A stretch of DNA of 64,000 nucleotides from a virus. The notes under the pieces were generated by a model. That model was not told where the DNA came from, did no database searches, and saw only the letters and a list, made by a program, of their open reading frames with translations. A program made the translations under genes and the position numbers. The stretch spans positions 1 to 64,000 of IMG/VR virus record IMGVR_UViG_3300047368_000327. One strand, written 5' to 3'. This document shows positions 28,707 to 37,754 of the stretch, piece by piece (positions within the stretch are counted from its first letter, which is position 1; the number at the start of each line of letters is the position of its first letter).

Positions 28707-31700
28707 TGTCTTTTAGTAATTCCAGTCAAGTAAAGATTCCTTTAACCAACCCATATGTAAAGTACGGGAAAACGTTTAGGATATCAAATATTTATTTAAC
28801 TAGTTCAAATTTAGAACAAACAGTCAAGGATCTTCAGCCGAAATCCACGTCCCAGTCAAACTATCATCAAGATTTCCAAACATCTGACCTGGATATTAGA
28901 TGGGAAGTAATAGACCCAAGAAACGACTATGTATATAAAAATCCATCAGACATAGAGAAGAACGTATACATAAGTGGTTTCGATATAAACATATACGAAA
29001 ACTACGGAAACCTTACGGGGCAAAATGCAATAAACAATGGAACGTTGGTTTATTCAGAGTCAGGAGTAAAAGGCAACCAATTAAACTACAAAATAACAGG
29101 CGAAGACTATTCTAGGAATTATTCGGTGCAGATAGATTTAATAGACTTTACCGGGAATGTTAGTAGCGCTTTATTAACTACACAGAATCAGGAGCCAAAT
29201 TTTTCTATACTAAGCACGGGTCTGATTAGTGGTATTTTTTATTGCAACTATAGTGGGCTCACCGGGTTGAACGGACAAAACATATCTAACGATTTGCAGT
29301 CTCTAGAGCTTTATAATTTTACTGGTAGTGGGCTTGGGGTATTTCCGGGCGTAAGCGAAAAGGAAAGATGTGCTACTGGAGCAAATGGGTATGCGTCAAT
29401 TGAGTTAACTCCTGGCGTCGAAAACTATGTTATGGCAATACCAAGAGATTTATATTCTAGCGGCCATGTATCTGGTTTTTTTAAACCTCAAGAATATTAT
29501 ACAGGGGTAGATTTTTCAGGATTTATTGGGAGCTTAACGCAGCCAGATCCAATCAATTATAATCCAGAAATAAGTGAATTGGGTGGATATAGAATATCTG
29601 GAGGAGACGCTTATTATTATGAGTTTAATGCGAACTATAATACTGGAAGCGACTTGATTACAACTTGCTATGGAGTGACTGGGACAGGTCAGACTACTGG
29701 ATCGGTAATGGGTTATAGTGATCCAATATTTTTTGACAGTGGGGAGCTTTTTAATACAGACTATAATTATTCTAACACGGGCAACCAGTATATTTACGAC
29801 AACTCCTTAAAGCTTAAGGCTGGATTCAATACAGGAAGAATGGTGGACGTGCCGTTTTCAACAGGTTTAGGATTTACTGGTTCTGGAACTTTTGGAAGTG
29901 GTGCGGGAGAATATTGGGCTGATTTATTTCCAAGGTATACGGGGTATGTATCAACTGGATCTAATGGCGAATTTGCTTCTGGGGGATTCTATAATTACGG
30001 ATACTACGATTCATCTATTGGAAAATTTAAATGCGCAAGTTATTTGGATATAAAATCTGGAGAAAATTTAAACGTTGAGGGTATATACTCAATGCCTAAA
30101 AATAATCCAAATAGCTATGACATACAATACCATAGCGGCCCTAATTTTCAAAAAACATATGAACAAAGCGCCTCTTATCTTAATTCTATAGATAGAATGC
30201 CTGCGGTAGTGTTAAACCCATCTCAATTAAATAAAATAAATAGCCTAGAAAAGGGTAATGGTTGGGTTGGACTAAGAAGAAACGAAGTGGGAGTAGTGAC
30301 TGGTTTATTTTCTGAGGATTTTTCTAATCAATCATTTTTTGATGGAATAAATATTCAAGAAGAATTTAGCAGGGATATAGAAATAATAAATTTAACAGGA
30401 GGCGTTGAGGAATCTAGGCTAGAAATTAATGACGTTGGCTTTAATTGGTGTTGGGTTAATTCTAGCGGAACTCAAATATATAAATACGCAGGAAGTGGTT
30501 ACGAAAAAGTCAGAGAGGCTGACATCACTATAGATATAAAAAGAAAAAACCAAAATTCTGATGACTTGATATATAATACCGGTTTCACTTCCGAATCTCC
30601 CTTAATGGATGTGATGGATTTAACAGGTATATCTGGTGGCACAGCTATAAGCTTTGAGTACAACTTTAAGAATCAATATTATGGGTCAGGTATTGATAGT
30701 CAATACACGAATTACAATGTGGTACAGGTTGATTTGTACACAGGTGATAGTTACGGTTTTACTCCTGCTAGCGAAAATCTTTATGAAGCTTTTAGTGGGG
30801 AAAATATTGAAGCTTTGCAGAGTGCTGTTAGTTTTCAATATACAGAACCTGTTGGTACACCTCCTAGCTTTTTTAAAATGCTTCCTTATGATACAATTGG
30901 GCCAGGAGTTATGGCTGATGCGAACAAAATAATAGCAGAAAGTAAAGGGCAGGATCCAGACACACCTATTAAATTGGTTAACGACGACCAAATTACAGTG
31001 GTTAATTTAGATGGTATGCGGGCGGTTAATCAAAATTTTATAGAAGTGAAATTTCCTTTTGGCCATTCTGTAGAGCCTATTGTTACATTTGGAATTGAAT
31101 ATAATGGCGCTAGTCCACCTGCGTCTTATTTAGGAGCAATGGTTGTAGGTAAACCAACTAAGGAAAGAGTTTCATTTTTATTAACAGACGTGCCGCCTAG
31201 TGATGGGTACTCTTTGTATGTTCGATCTGCTAGCGGGACAACTCAAGCAAGACAGTTTAATTTTACTGCTTGGACGCCAGTGATGACCAACTTGAAAGCT
31301 TGGTACGACGCGAGCGATTCCTCAACGATTATAAAGAACGCGTCAAATGAGGTGACCGCATGGGCTGATAAGTCTAGCAATTCTAATAATCTTACGGCAA
31401 AAGATAATCCTGTCACAGGTTCAAGTACACTTAATTCACTCAATGTTTTTGATCTTGATGGGGGCGACTATTTTGAACTGAATAACTTATCAACTCCTGC
31501 AAGCGGAAACCTTCAAGCTTTCATCGTCTGTAATGTTACCGCTGTCGATAAAAGTACAGACGCAATTTTGTCAATGGATTCCCAGCAGAGAGATTGGCAG
31601 ATACAGGCAAACACAGCCAACTTCTTTAGAGGAAATTTGGTTTTTGCAGGTCAAAGTTCACCTAGCACGGGTGGAGGTAGCGCAAATTTAACAGGTTATC

Positions 31701-32008
31701 ATATTTATTGCGCTGATTTAGATTTTACTGACGATGGACAGTATCAATTGCTCATGGATGGTGCGCTACTCCCAGGGACAAATCAAAGAACTTATACTGG
31801 GAAACTCGCGTCCAATGTTAACTTTCGGATTTTTGCAAATCGAGGAGAAAATGAATTTCCACAAGGGTCAGTTGCTGAAGTTATTCTTTTGGACAATACG
31901 GATAATTTAATCCGTCAAAAAGTCGAAGGATACCTCGCCCACAAATGGGGCTTAACTTCGAGTTTACCCTCCAATCATCCTTATAAAGTTGTTATTCCTC
32001 AAGCTTAA
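28706..32008 (+). CDS. Putative tail fibre / receptor-binding protein with C-terminal LamG/concanavalin-like domain
   Basis: 1100 aa, last gene of the tail operon. C-terminal AWYDASD...WADKS...GSVAEVIL...VEGYLAHKWGL domain. Rich in [S/T]G. Confidence 0.6.
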   Translation: MSFSNSSQVKIPLTNPYVKYGKTFRISNIYLTSSNLEQTVKDLQPKSTSQSNYHQDFQTSDLDIRWEVIDPRNDYVYKNPSDIEKNVYISGFDINIYENYGNLTGQNAINNGTLVYSESGVKGNQLNYKITGEDYSRNYSVQIDLIDFTGNVSSALLTTQNQEPNFSILSTGLISGIFYCNYSGLTGLNGQNISNDLQSLELYNFTGSGLGVFPGVSEKERCATGANGYASIELTPGVENYVMAIPRDLYSSGHVSGFFKPQEYYTGVDFSGFIGSLTQPDPINYNPEISELGGYRISGGDAYYYEFNANYNTGSDLITTCYGVTGTGQTTGSVMGYSDPIFFDSGELFNTDYNYSNTGNQYIYDNSLKLKAGFNTGRMVDVPFSTGLGFTGSGTFGSGAGEYWADLFPRYTGYVSTGSNGEFASGGFYNYGYYDSSIGKFKCASYLDIKSGENLNVEGIYSMPKNNPNSYDIQYHSGPNFQKTYEQSASYLNSIDRMPAVVLNPSQLNKINSLEKGNGWVGLRRNEVGVVTGLFSEDFSNQSFFDGINIQEEFSRDIEIINLTGGVEESRLEINDVGFNWCWVNSSGTQIYKYAGSGYEKVREADITIDIKRKNQNSDDLIYNTGFTSESPLMDVMDLTGISGGTAISFEYNFKNQYYGSGIDSQYTNYNVVQVDLYTGDSYGFTPASENLYEAFSGENIEALQSAVSFQYTEPVGTPPSFFKMLPYDTIGPGVMADANKIIAESKGQDPDTPIKLVNDDQITVVNLDGMRAVNQNFIEVKFPFGHSVEPIVTFGIEYNGASPPASYLGAMVVGKPTKERVSFLLTDVPPSDGYSLYVRSASGTTQARQFNFTAWTPVMTNLKAWYDASDSSTIIKNASNEVTAWADKSSNSNNLTAKDNPVTGSSTLNSLNVFDLDGGDYFELNNLSTPASGNLQAFIVCNVTAVDKSTDAILSMDSQQRDWQIQANTANFFRGNLVFAGQSSPSTGGGSANLTGYHIYCADLDFTDDGQYQLLMDGALLPGTNQRTYTGKLASNVNFRIFANRGENEFPQGSVAEVILLDNTDNLIRQKVEGYLAHKWGLTSSLPSNHPYKVVIPQA

Positions 32009-32808
32009 GATATTAAGCTTATTAGAATCTTTGCGTCTTTGACTGATATATTGTCCCAGTCTTTCCACGTCTCGACATTTGGGTTTTGGTAAACCCCTTC
32101 TTTCTTTTCTTGCCACATTTTTTTAATGAACGGCTTAAAATCTTCAAAAGAATCGGCTGATAGAATACTTTTGGCCCTATTTTTTAGTGTTGTTGTAGGG
32201 CTGAATGGATCGTTTTTCTGAGCAGTATTCGGTGAAGAGCTGGAGCCTAAGTTTGATTTGTCCATTTCATCATCTCCAACTATATGTACGTTTAGAAAAT
32301 TTCTAACACAACGAACAAATGATCTATTGCAAGCTATGGTTTCGAGGAACTTAGTAGCAAAACTACTGGTATTTTTTGTGCTTGCGTTAGCCATGTCTTC
32401 AAACGAGACAGCCTCGCCTCCTGTTTCATAATTTGGAATAAAGACAGTATTACAAGTAACCGCTACGTGGTCATCTTCACATTTATCCATAACATAAGAA
32501 ACGCTAGAAAAACCCCTTAATCTGGCGAGCTCTTTAATTCCACTAAGCTTAATTAGGAGCTGATTATCTTTTAACCCATCTATAGACCTAGGCATGTCTT
32601 TATTTCTGGCTTGAAACCATAATTTATTAGGGAATAAATGCTCCTCTTTTATCATGGCCCTCCAATTTACAGAGCCATCTTCATTGAATTCGTACTGTAT
32701 ATTTTTTAGAAGGCCATTTTCATCTCTACTGAATTTTTCTGGCCCTTCTGAGTTGTTGATTTTACTCTCTTTTGAATCTTCGTCTGTTGTTTTTTTTGTT
32801 CTTGGCAT
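32005..32808 (-). CDS. Hypothetical protein, possibly ssDNA-annealing (Rad52/Sak-like)
   Basis: 267 aa. LIKLSGIKELA...VTC...A.NRSFVRCVRNFL loosely resembles annealases. The ORF is real-looking; the function call is weak. Confidence 0.35.
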   Translation of the reverse strand: MPRTKKTTDEDSKESKINNSEGPEKFSRDENGLLKNIQYEFNEDGSVNWRAMIKEEHLFPNKLWFQARNKDMPRSIDGLKDNQLLIKLSGIKELARLRGFSSVSYVMDKCEDDHVAVTCNTVFIPNYETGGEAVSFEDMANASTKNTSSFATKFLETIACNRSFVRCVRNFLNVHIVGDDEMDKSNLGSSSSPNTAQKNDPFSPTTTLKNRAKSILSADSFEDFKPFIKKMWQEKKEGVYQNPNVETWKDWDNISVKDAKILISLIS

Positions 32809-33970
32809 AATTGTATATATTTATATGTTCTACTTCTTCCCAAAATGTATCGTTGTCGATAATTTTTTGGTCCTCTTTAGTTCTTTCAATTCCAGCGTCG
32901 AGGGATGCTTTACTGGAATATTCTTTACTATTTGATATGAGTATTTTATTGCTATGATAGAACGTATTATCACATACTTCTGCTGAAAAGTCAAGGTCTT
33001 TTTTAGTATGCTTCTTATATTCCTCGACAGTCCAGTCAAAGAATTTAAATCGAAGGGAAGGAAGCTTGCTTTTGTCCCTGCATATTAACGTATATTTTAT
33101 ACCTATAGATTCTAGTGACTTAAGATAGTCTTCGTCGAACTCTTCGCTTTCAACAAACAAGGTCATAGCTACAATATTAGACATATAACTACGAAGGAAG
33201 TTAATGTTAATTTTATCAGAAGTCATTAGATTAACTCTAAAGTTCAACCAAGATTGAAGTCCTTCATCTGACATTCCGTAGTCACACCTTAAATTGACTA
33301 TAGATTTAGGGGTAAAGTTTTCTGGCGCCGCACAATTAGGTATAGCCTCTGTTATGTCGTTTCCAAAATGAGAGCCAATATTTAGCGTTTTATACTCTGC
33401 AAAATCGTGCTTTATGTTTAATGAGTCTAAAACCGCAGAACATATTTCTTCTGGATTTATTTCATTTACCCTCTTGACCGATTCATGATTAGAGAAAGAA
33501 GGTTTTATTTTACTAAAATCAGGGGAAAGTAATTTTACTTTAGATCTATTGTTCCATATTGGTCCTGAGCATTCTGGGAACAAGTTAGCGTAAATGCTTA
33601 CTATTTTTTTATCAAAAGCGCTAGCTATGTGAACTGGCAAGCTATCCATGCCTAGATGCATTTCAGACATTTCTATAATGTACATCATTTGCTTAAAGGA
33701 ACAATCTAGGTAACAAAAATCGCATCCTTTTATTACTTCGTCTCCTTTTCCTCCTATTTGGATTATATCGAAACCTTCTTTTTGTAAAAAAGGCTTAATC
33801 AAATCTATAACCAATCTCCATTGGTCATAATGGCGAGCTGGAGATTTTTCTTTATTAGTGTGAAATGTTATAAATTTATTAGAAACTAAAGGGTAGAAGT
33901 GGGAAGTTATTTTGGGTTGACCTATTCTTACCCCTAATGATTTTGCGTATTCTTCTGCTATATGACTCAT
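32762..33970 (-). CDS. GT9 (heptosyltransferase-like) C-terminal domain protein with extra C-terminal domain
   Basis: IIQIGG...SFKQMMYII...HLGMDSLPVHIASAFDKKIVSIY is the GT9 nucleotide-sugar-binding half. Confidence 0.7.
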   Translation of the reverse strand: MSHIAEEYAKSLGVRIGQPKITSHFYPLVSNKFITFHTNKEKSPARHYDQWRLVIDLIKPFLQKEGFDIIQIGGKGDEVIKGCDFCYLDCSFKQMMYIIEMSEMHLGMDSLPVHIASAFDKKIVSIYANLFPECSGPIWNNRSKVKLLSPDFSKIKPSFSNHESVKRVNEINPEEICSAVLDSLNIKHDFAEYKTLNIGSHFGNDITEAIPNCAAPENFTPKSIVNLRCDYGMSDEGLQSWLNFRVNLMTSDKININFLRSYMSNIVAMTLFVESEEFDEDYLKSLESIGIKYTLICRDKSKLPSLRFKFFDWTVEEYKKHTKKDLDFSAEVCDNTFYHSNKILISNSKEYSSKASLDAGIERTKEDQKIIDNDTFWEEVEHINIYNYAKNKKNNRRRFKRE

Positions 33971-34374
33971 TGCCCTGTTGTGTAATATTTTTGCTCTTGT
34001 ATTTCTGAGCTAGTTAATTCATTTATTTTATTTTTAATATTAAATCTTTTATCATTTTCTTTGTATACTGATATAGATATATTTATAAACTCATCGTCTA
34101 GTTCTTTGTTGTTTTCTTTATTGCGCTGTGTCTCTAGTATATCCCAGAGCGCATCATTGACGTCAGTTATATCTGAGAGCAATAATTTTAGTTCTGGGTA
34201 ATCGTTAATTAGATCATCGCAAAGTGGTTTAAGTAATTTATACTCTGATTTAACGTGCTGTAATTTTGAGGCATCTTTTATTTTACTTTTCTTGACGTTA
34301 AGGACTGAAATTCTGTCAAATAACTCGCCAATAGAAATAGGAACTAATACGCCGCCTTTGTATCTGTTAATCAT
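33967..34374 (-). CDS. DUF6165-like protein
   Basis: VPISIGELFDRISVL...VNDALWDI...DDEFI...VYKENDKRF.IK.KIN...SEIQEQKY pattern. Confidence 0.65.
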   Translation of the reverse strand: MINRYKGGVLVPISIGELFDRISVLNVKKSKIKDASKLQHVKSEYKLLKPLCDDLINDYPELKLLLSDITDVNDALWDILETQRNKENNKELDDEFINISISVYKENDKRFNIKNKINELTSSEIQEQKYYTTGQ

Positions 34375-36284
34375 GGAAGAAGGTTGAATTGATTTTTATC
34401 TTTACCGTTATGTGGGTAATTTAATATTTTTTGTGTTCCTATATAAGGAAGATAAGCTATTTGAAAATATCCTTTATGTTCTCCCATTCCTTCTAGGAAT
34501 GTTAAAGAATCAATTTCAGTATTATACGGTATGAGTTTGTATACATCTGGATGATCCTCTATGAATGGATAGAATTTAGGGTCTGTTATAAAATATATGT
34601 TATGATTCGGGTGCAAGGATTTTAGATTGGAAATTAGTGAATTAACCCAAAGTACGTCTCCAGCGTCCCCGCGAATAACAACGGCTATTCTGTTTTCTGG
34701 ACCTTCGTCTCCAAGCAGTTGTTCAAATTTAACATTATTCCCTAATGAAGAGTTTTCTTTATTTGCGACACCCTTAAAGAAACTAAGTATATCCGCCCTG
34801 CTTTTTCCTTCTGAGATCTCTTTCATCCAATACTTGTGACCATTATCAGTTTCAGGCTCAACATCAAGTAGAAGTATGTTTTTATATATGTCTTTCAACC
34901 AATCAGAATCAGATTCAATTTCTGGAGGATCGTAATTTGGGTTTCTTTCTTTTTCTGAAAAGTCAAAATCCCAATCGCATTCGGGCATCTCATCAATTAT
35001 CTTTTCAAGTTTTCCGCCTACAACTTCCAGTGAGAAATTATCGATAACAAACTTCCTGCCAGTCTTACCCATTTCACTTCTCTTGTTGGGTTTCATCTTG
35101 AAAACTTTTGATAGCTGTTTTGATATGCTAGATGGATATGTGCTGGCTTTTATAAATTGAGTGCCGGGCTCCCTGTATTCCGCCCAATCAAGAGGGAATG
35201 ATCCACTCTCTCTTGTTGAGGTATCTTCTCCGCAACTATAATTAGTTACCAAAGTAATTAACTCTGTAAGCTTAGCTTCCTGTATTGGTATCTCTTGACC
35301 CCCTGAAGTAAAAGGGTGACAGTAAACGTCCATAAGGTTGTATATTTCGTTTAACTGTTTCTCTGAAACGCCAGCTTGGACGTTGGTCGTATTTAGAGAT
35401 TTAGGGCTTTGACAGTATGGGCATTGATTCTCTTGTCCATTGAACGGCTTGATATCGTACTGCTTGCATTCTTTACAGTAGTAAGTTGTTAATACTCTAG
35501 TTGTATCAATACCCTTCTCCTTCATTAATCTAACTATGTCCCACCCTTCACCCCAATGTGTGTGAAGCAAAAGTTTACTGTTTGACTGCGGGTTATTCTT
35601 TAGAAAATCAGAGAAGCCATCAAGGAGATTAGGCACACTTTTCCTGAGTTGATTCCTAAAAACAAAACCTATTAAGAAGCAATTGGTGTCAATATGAAAT
35701 TTCTTCCTGATTCGAAGTTTCTCTTCATGAGGTATCTTGAAAAAATTATCTGTCTTTACTGTGCCCCTTAGTGTCTTAACGTGATCGTGACCAAGTTTCT
35801 TGAGCTCCCTTTCTGCAAAACTTGCCCAGACATAAAAATTCTTAACTAATGGCGCAGCTTCTAATGCTAGAGGCAAGATCGGCTCAGAGTCAATTGTAGT
35901 CCATATCATGCAGTTAGTTTTATTCCACCATTTTCTTTTCCAGTAACCATTGAATCCCCATATATCTTCTGCACCTATATAGACATCTGGTTTAAATTCT
36001 TTAATTAATTCATCTATAGTCTCAGATCCGTACCCAGCAGCTCTAGCCATATTTGGATCTTTTTTCATTTGCATGATTTTTCTTTGATCGTCAGGTAAAG
36101 TACCAACGCACTTCCATGGCATTTTGCTTAAGCTTGGGTGAGATTTAGCCATACCATTACAAGCTTCAATTATTTCATACTTCCCTGTTGAAAACATATA
36201 GGACAGTATGTTTTTACAATTTTTACCAAAGCCAGTAAAGGCTTTACTATGATTACTATGAAATAATATTTTTTTCTTACGCAT
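34371..36284 (-). CDS. GT4 glycosyltransferase with zinc-ribbon insert, DUF4214-like domain and GT9 N-terminal domain
   Basis: TGFG, RNQLRKS, YNLMDVYCHPFTSGGQEIPIQEA (GT4); CKEC...CPYC; IYKNIL...GHKYW...SRADI; RGDAGDVLW...LKSLHP. ATG at 36284 is preferred over the TTG at 36296. Confidence 0.8.
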   Translation of the reverse strand: MRKKKILFHSNHSKAFTGFGKNCKNILSYMFSTGKYEIIEACNGMAKSHPSLSKMPWKCVGTLPDDQRKIMQMKKDPNMARAAGYGSETIDELIKEFKPDVYIGAEDIWGFNGYWKRKWWNKTNCMIWTTIDSEPILPLALEAAPLVKNFYVWASFAERELKKLGHDHVKTLRGTVKTDNFFKIPHEEKLRIRKKFHIDTNCFLIGFVFRNQLRKSVPNLLDGFSDFLKNNPQSNSKLLLHTHWGEGWDIVRLMKEKGIDTTRVLTTYYCKECKQYDIKPFNGQENQCPYCQSPKSLNTTNVQAGVSEKQLNEIYNLMDVYCHPFTSGGQEIPIQEAKLTELITLVTNYSCGEDTSTRESGSFPLDWAEYREPGTQFIKASTYPSSISKQLSKVFKMKPNKRSEMGKTGRKFVIDNFSLEVVGGKLEKIIDEMPECDWDFDFSEKERNPNYDPPEIESDSDWLKDIYKNILLLDVEPETDNGHKYWMKEISEGKSRADILSFFKGVANKENSSLGNNVKFEQLLGDEGPENRIAVVIRGDAGDVLWVNSLISNLKSLHPNHNIYFITDPKFYPFIEDHPDVYKLIPYNTEIDSLTFLEGMGEHKGYFQIAYLPYIGTQKILNYPHNGKDKNQFNLLP

Positions 36285-36853
36285 TAGATCGGGCAATCTT
36301 CTGATTCGTTAGAATTCTTAGATCTAGCAAAAGCTTCTACAGATTTCTTTATCCTGTGATCGTAAGTTTTACTCAATATAACCTGAAGGAAATTAGATAA
36401 GCATTCGGCTTCCCCGGGTTCGAGAGAACACTTGAAAGTACTTCCGCCATTTTTAATAATGGTGAGACCAAAGGCGGGAAGCGTTTGCATTTCCTCTTTG
36501 TAGGTTTTTGTTGAGGCGTCAAACTTTGAAACTTTAACCTGCTTATCCCATGGGGTGAATTTTATGGTAGTCTTGTTGTCATCGAACTTATGAAAGGTAT
36601 CGTAAGCGAATCTATTTTTTACAGCATTGATTATTGAGCCACATTCAAATTCATTAAATTTTAAAGTTATGTTTTTTTCTGGATCTTCTTTGTTTGCTAA
36701 AAAAGTTCCACGCCTAGCTTTGTCATCCCAAGAATGCTGCATGATTGCGGAAACAAATAGGATGGGTTCACCGCTATTTTTATCTACACCCATTGAGAAG
36801 CTGAATCCAAATCCAGTATTGTATTTATTTGGTTTATATAGTTGTAAGCTCAT
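36284..36853 (-). CDS. Hypothetical protein (possible ssDNA-binding protein, SSB-like acidic tail)
   Basis: 189 aa, beta-rich, ends in ESEDCPI. Confidence 0.45.
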   Translation of the reverse strand: MSLQLYKPNKYNTGFGFSFSMGVDKNSGEPILFVSAIMQHSWDDKARRGTFLANKEDPEKNITLKFNEFECGSIINAVKNRFAYDTFHKFDDNKTTIKFTPWDKQVKVSKFDASTKTYKEEMQTLPAFGLTIIKNGGSTFKCSLEPGEAECLSNFLQVILSKTYDHRIKKSVEAFARSKNSNESEDCPI

Positions 36854-36855
36854 AA

Positions 36856-37242
36856 TTAATCGAAGTCTATTTTTACGTTTTTGCTTTCATATGTTTTACC
36901 TTTATCCATATGATGTTTTGTTCCATTTCTCTCTTTGGAGTAATTTTCAAAGTATTTTTTCTTTAGTGGATCTACGCCGCCATTCTTTTCGGCGCGCATA
37001 GAGGATAACTCGGCGCTCTTGTCTAGCATATCACCGACAGTGCCTTTCATGTTTGCGGTAGAGTTCACGAAGCTATTGTTATCCCATGGGTCTATCGAAG
37101 CTTCAGTATTAAGTTGGGATGATATAAAAACTCTTTTCCATTCTAGTCCATCATCGTCTATATACTTCTTTTCATCGTTCATATGAAAGAAGACCTCTTT
37201 TTCTTCTTTGGTCTTTGGGTTCTCGAAGATATACATCGGCAT
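36856..37242 (-). CDS. FmdB-like small regulatory protein (Cys-less)
   Basis: MPMYIFENPKTKEEKEVF...WKRVF N-terminus. Has its own consensus promoter. Confidence 0.5.
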   Translation of the reverse strand: MPMYIFENPKTKEEKEVFFHMNDEKKYIDDDGLEWKRVFISSQLNTEASIDPWDNNSFVNSTANMKGTVGDMLDKSAELSSMRAEKNGGVDPLKKKYFENYSKERNGTKHHMDKGKTYESKNVKIDFD

Positions 37243-37250
37243 AGTGTTAG

Positions 37251-37279
37251 ATTATACCAGATATATAAACTAATGTCAA
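37251..37279 (-). promoter_or_regulatory. Consensus sigma70 promoter, leaderless
   Basis: TTGACA-17 nt-TATAAT with TG extension. ATG lies 8 nt after the -10. Confidence 0.85.
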
Positions 37280-37576
37280 CTATTTTTTATCTAATTTATT
37301 ACAGCTTAATTGTATTAAATCCAATAAAGAATCAAAAAACCAACAACAAGCACTAGAACATAAAGGAAATAATAAATATAAAATATTACTTTCTTTAAAA
37401 TAAAACATTAATAAACCAATAAGCAAACCACACCAAAAGCCTAAACATAAACTACAATTAAATAATTCTTTTAATAAATTAGAATATTTAAAAATAAAAA
37501 CTCTTGGTTGATTCAATATGGACCCGTATCTCAGGATCCACATTAAACCAACACAGGAGATCAACTCAATTATCAT
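37280..37576 (-). CDS. Small membrane protein (DUF1360-like)
   Basis: LFNCSLCLGFWCG motif; hydrophobic. Confidence 0.55.
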   Translation of the reverse strand: MIIELISCVGLMWILRYGSILNQPRVFIFKYSNLLKELFNCSLCLGFWCGLLIGLLMFYFKESNILYLLFPLCSSACCWFFDSLLDLIQLSCNKLDKK

Positions 37577-37754
37577 GAAGTGCTTCTAGCGCTTCTTGTA
37601 TAACCAAAAGTTGTTCTTTAGTAAGAGACACTTCGCCACCAAAATCATCTTTTATGCTGTAGTGGTCAGACTTCTCTTTTGACTTTTTTAAAACAGGACA
37701 TCTTCCTTTACCGCAGCAAAGAAGTACGCCATTGCCTTGTTTTTTAATGTTCAT
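37566..37754 (-). CDS. Small hypothetical protein with CCGKGRCP motif
   Basis: 62 aa, coupled to both neighbours. Confidence 0.55.
   Translation of the reverse strand: MNIKKQGNGVLLCCGKGRCPVLKKSKEKSDHYSIKDDFGGEVSLTKEQLLVIQEALEALHDN

Noticed and set aside
27745-32008. Diversity-generating retroelement target (C-type lectin domains)
   Set aside because: No reverse transcriptase and no template/variable repeat pair seen in the window. The lectin domains are internal rather than C-terminal.
32001-32020. Terminator at the convergent junction (AAGCTTAA-GATA-TTAAGCTT)
   Set aside because: The 8-bp stem is AT-rich, has no U-tract and overlaps both stop codons; too weak to call.
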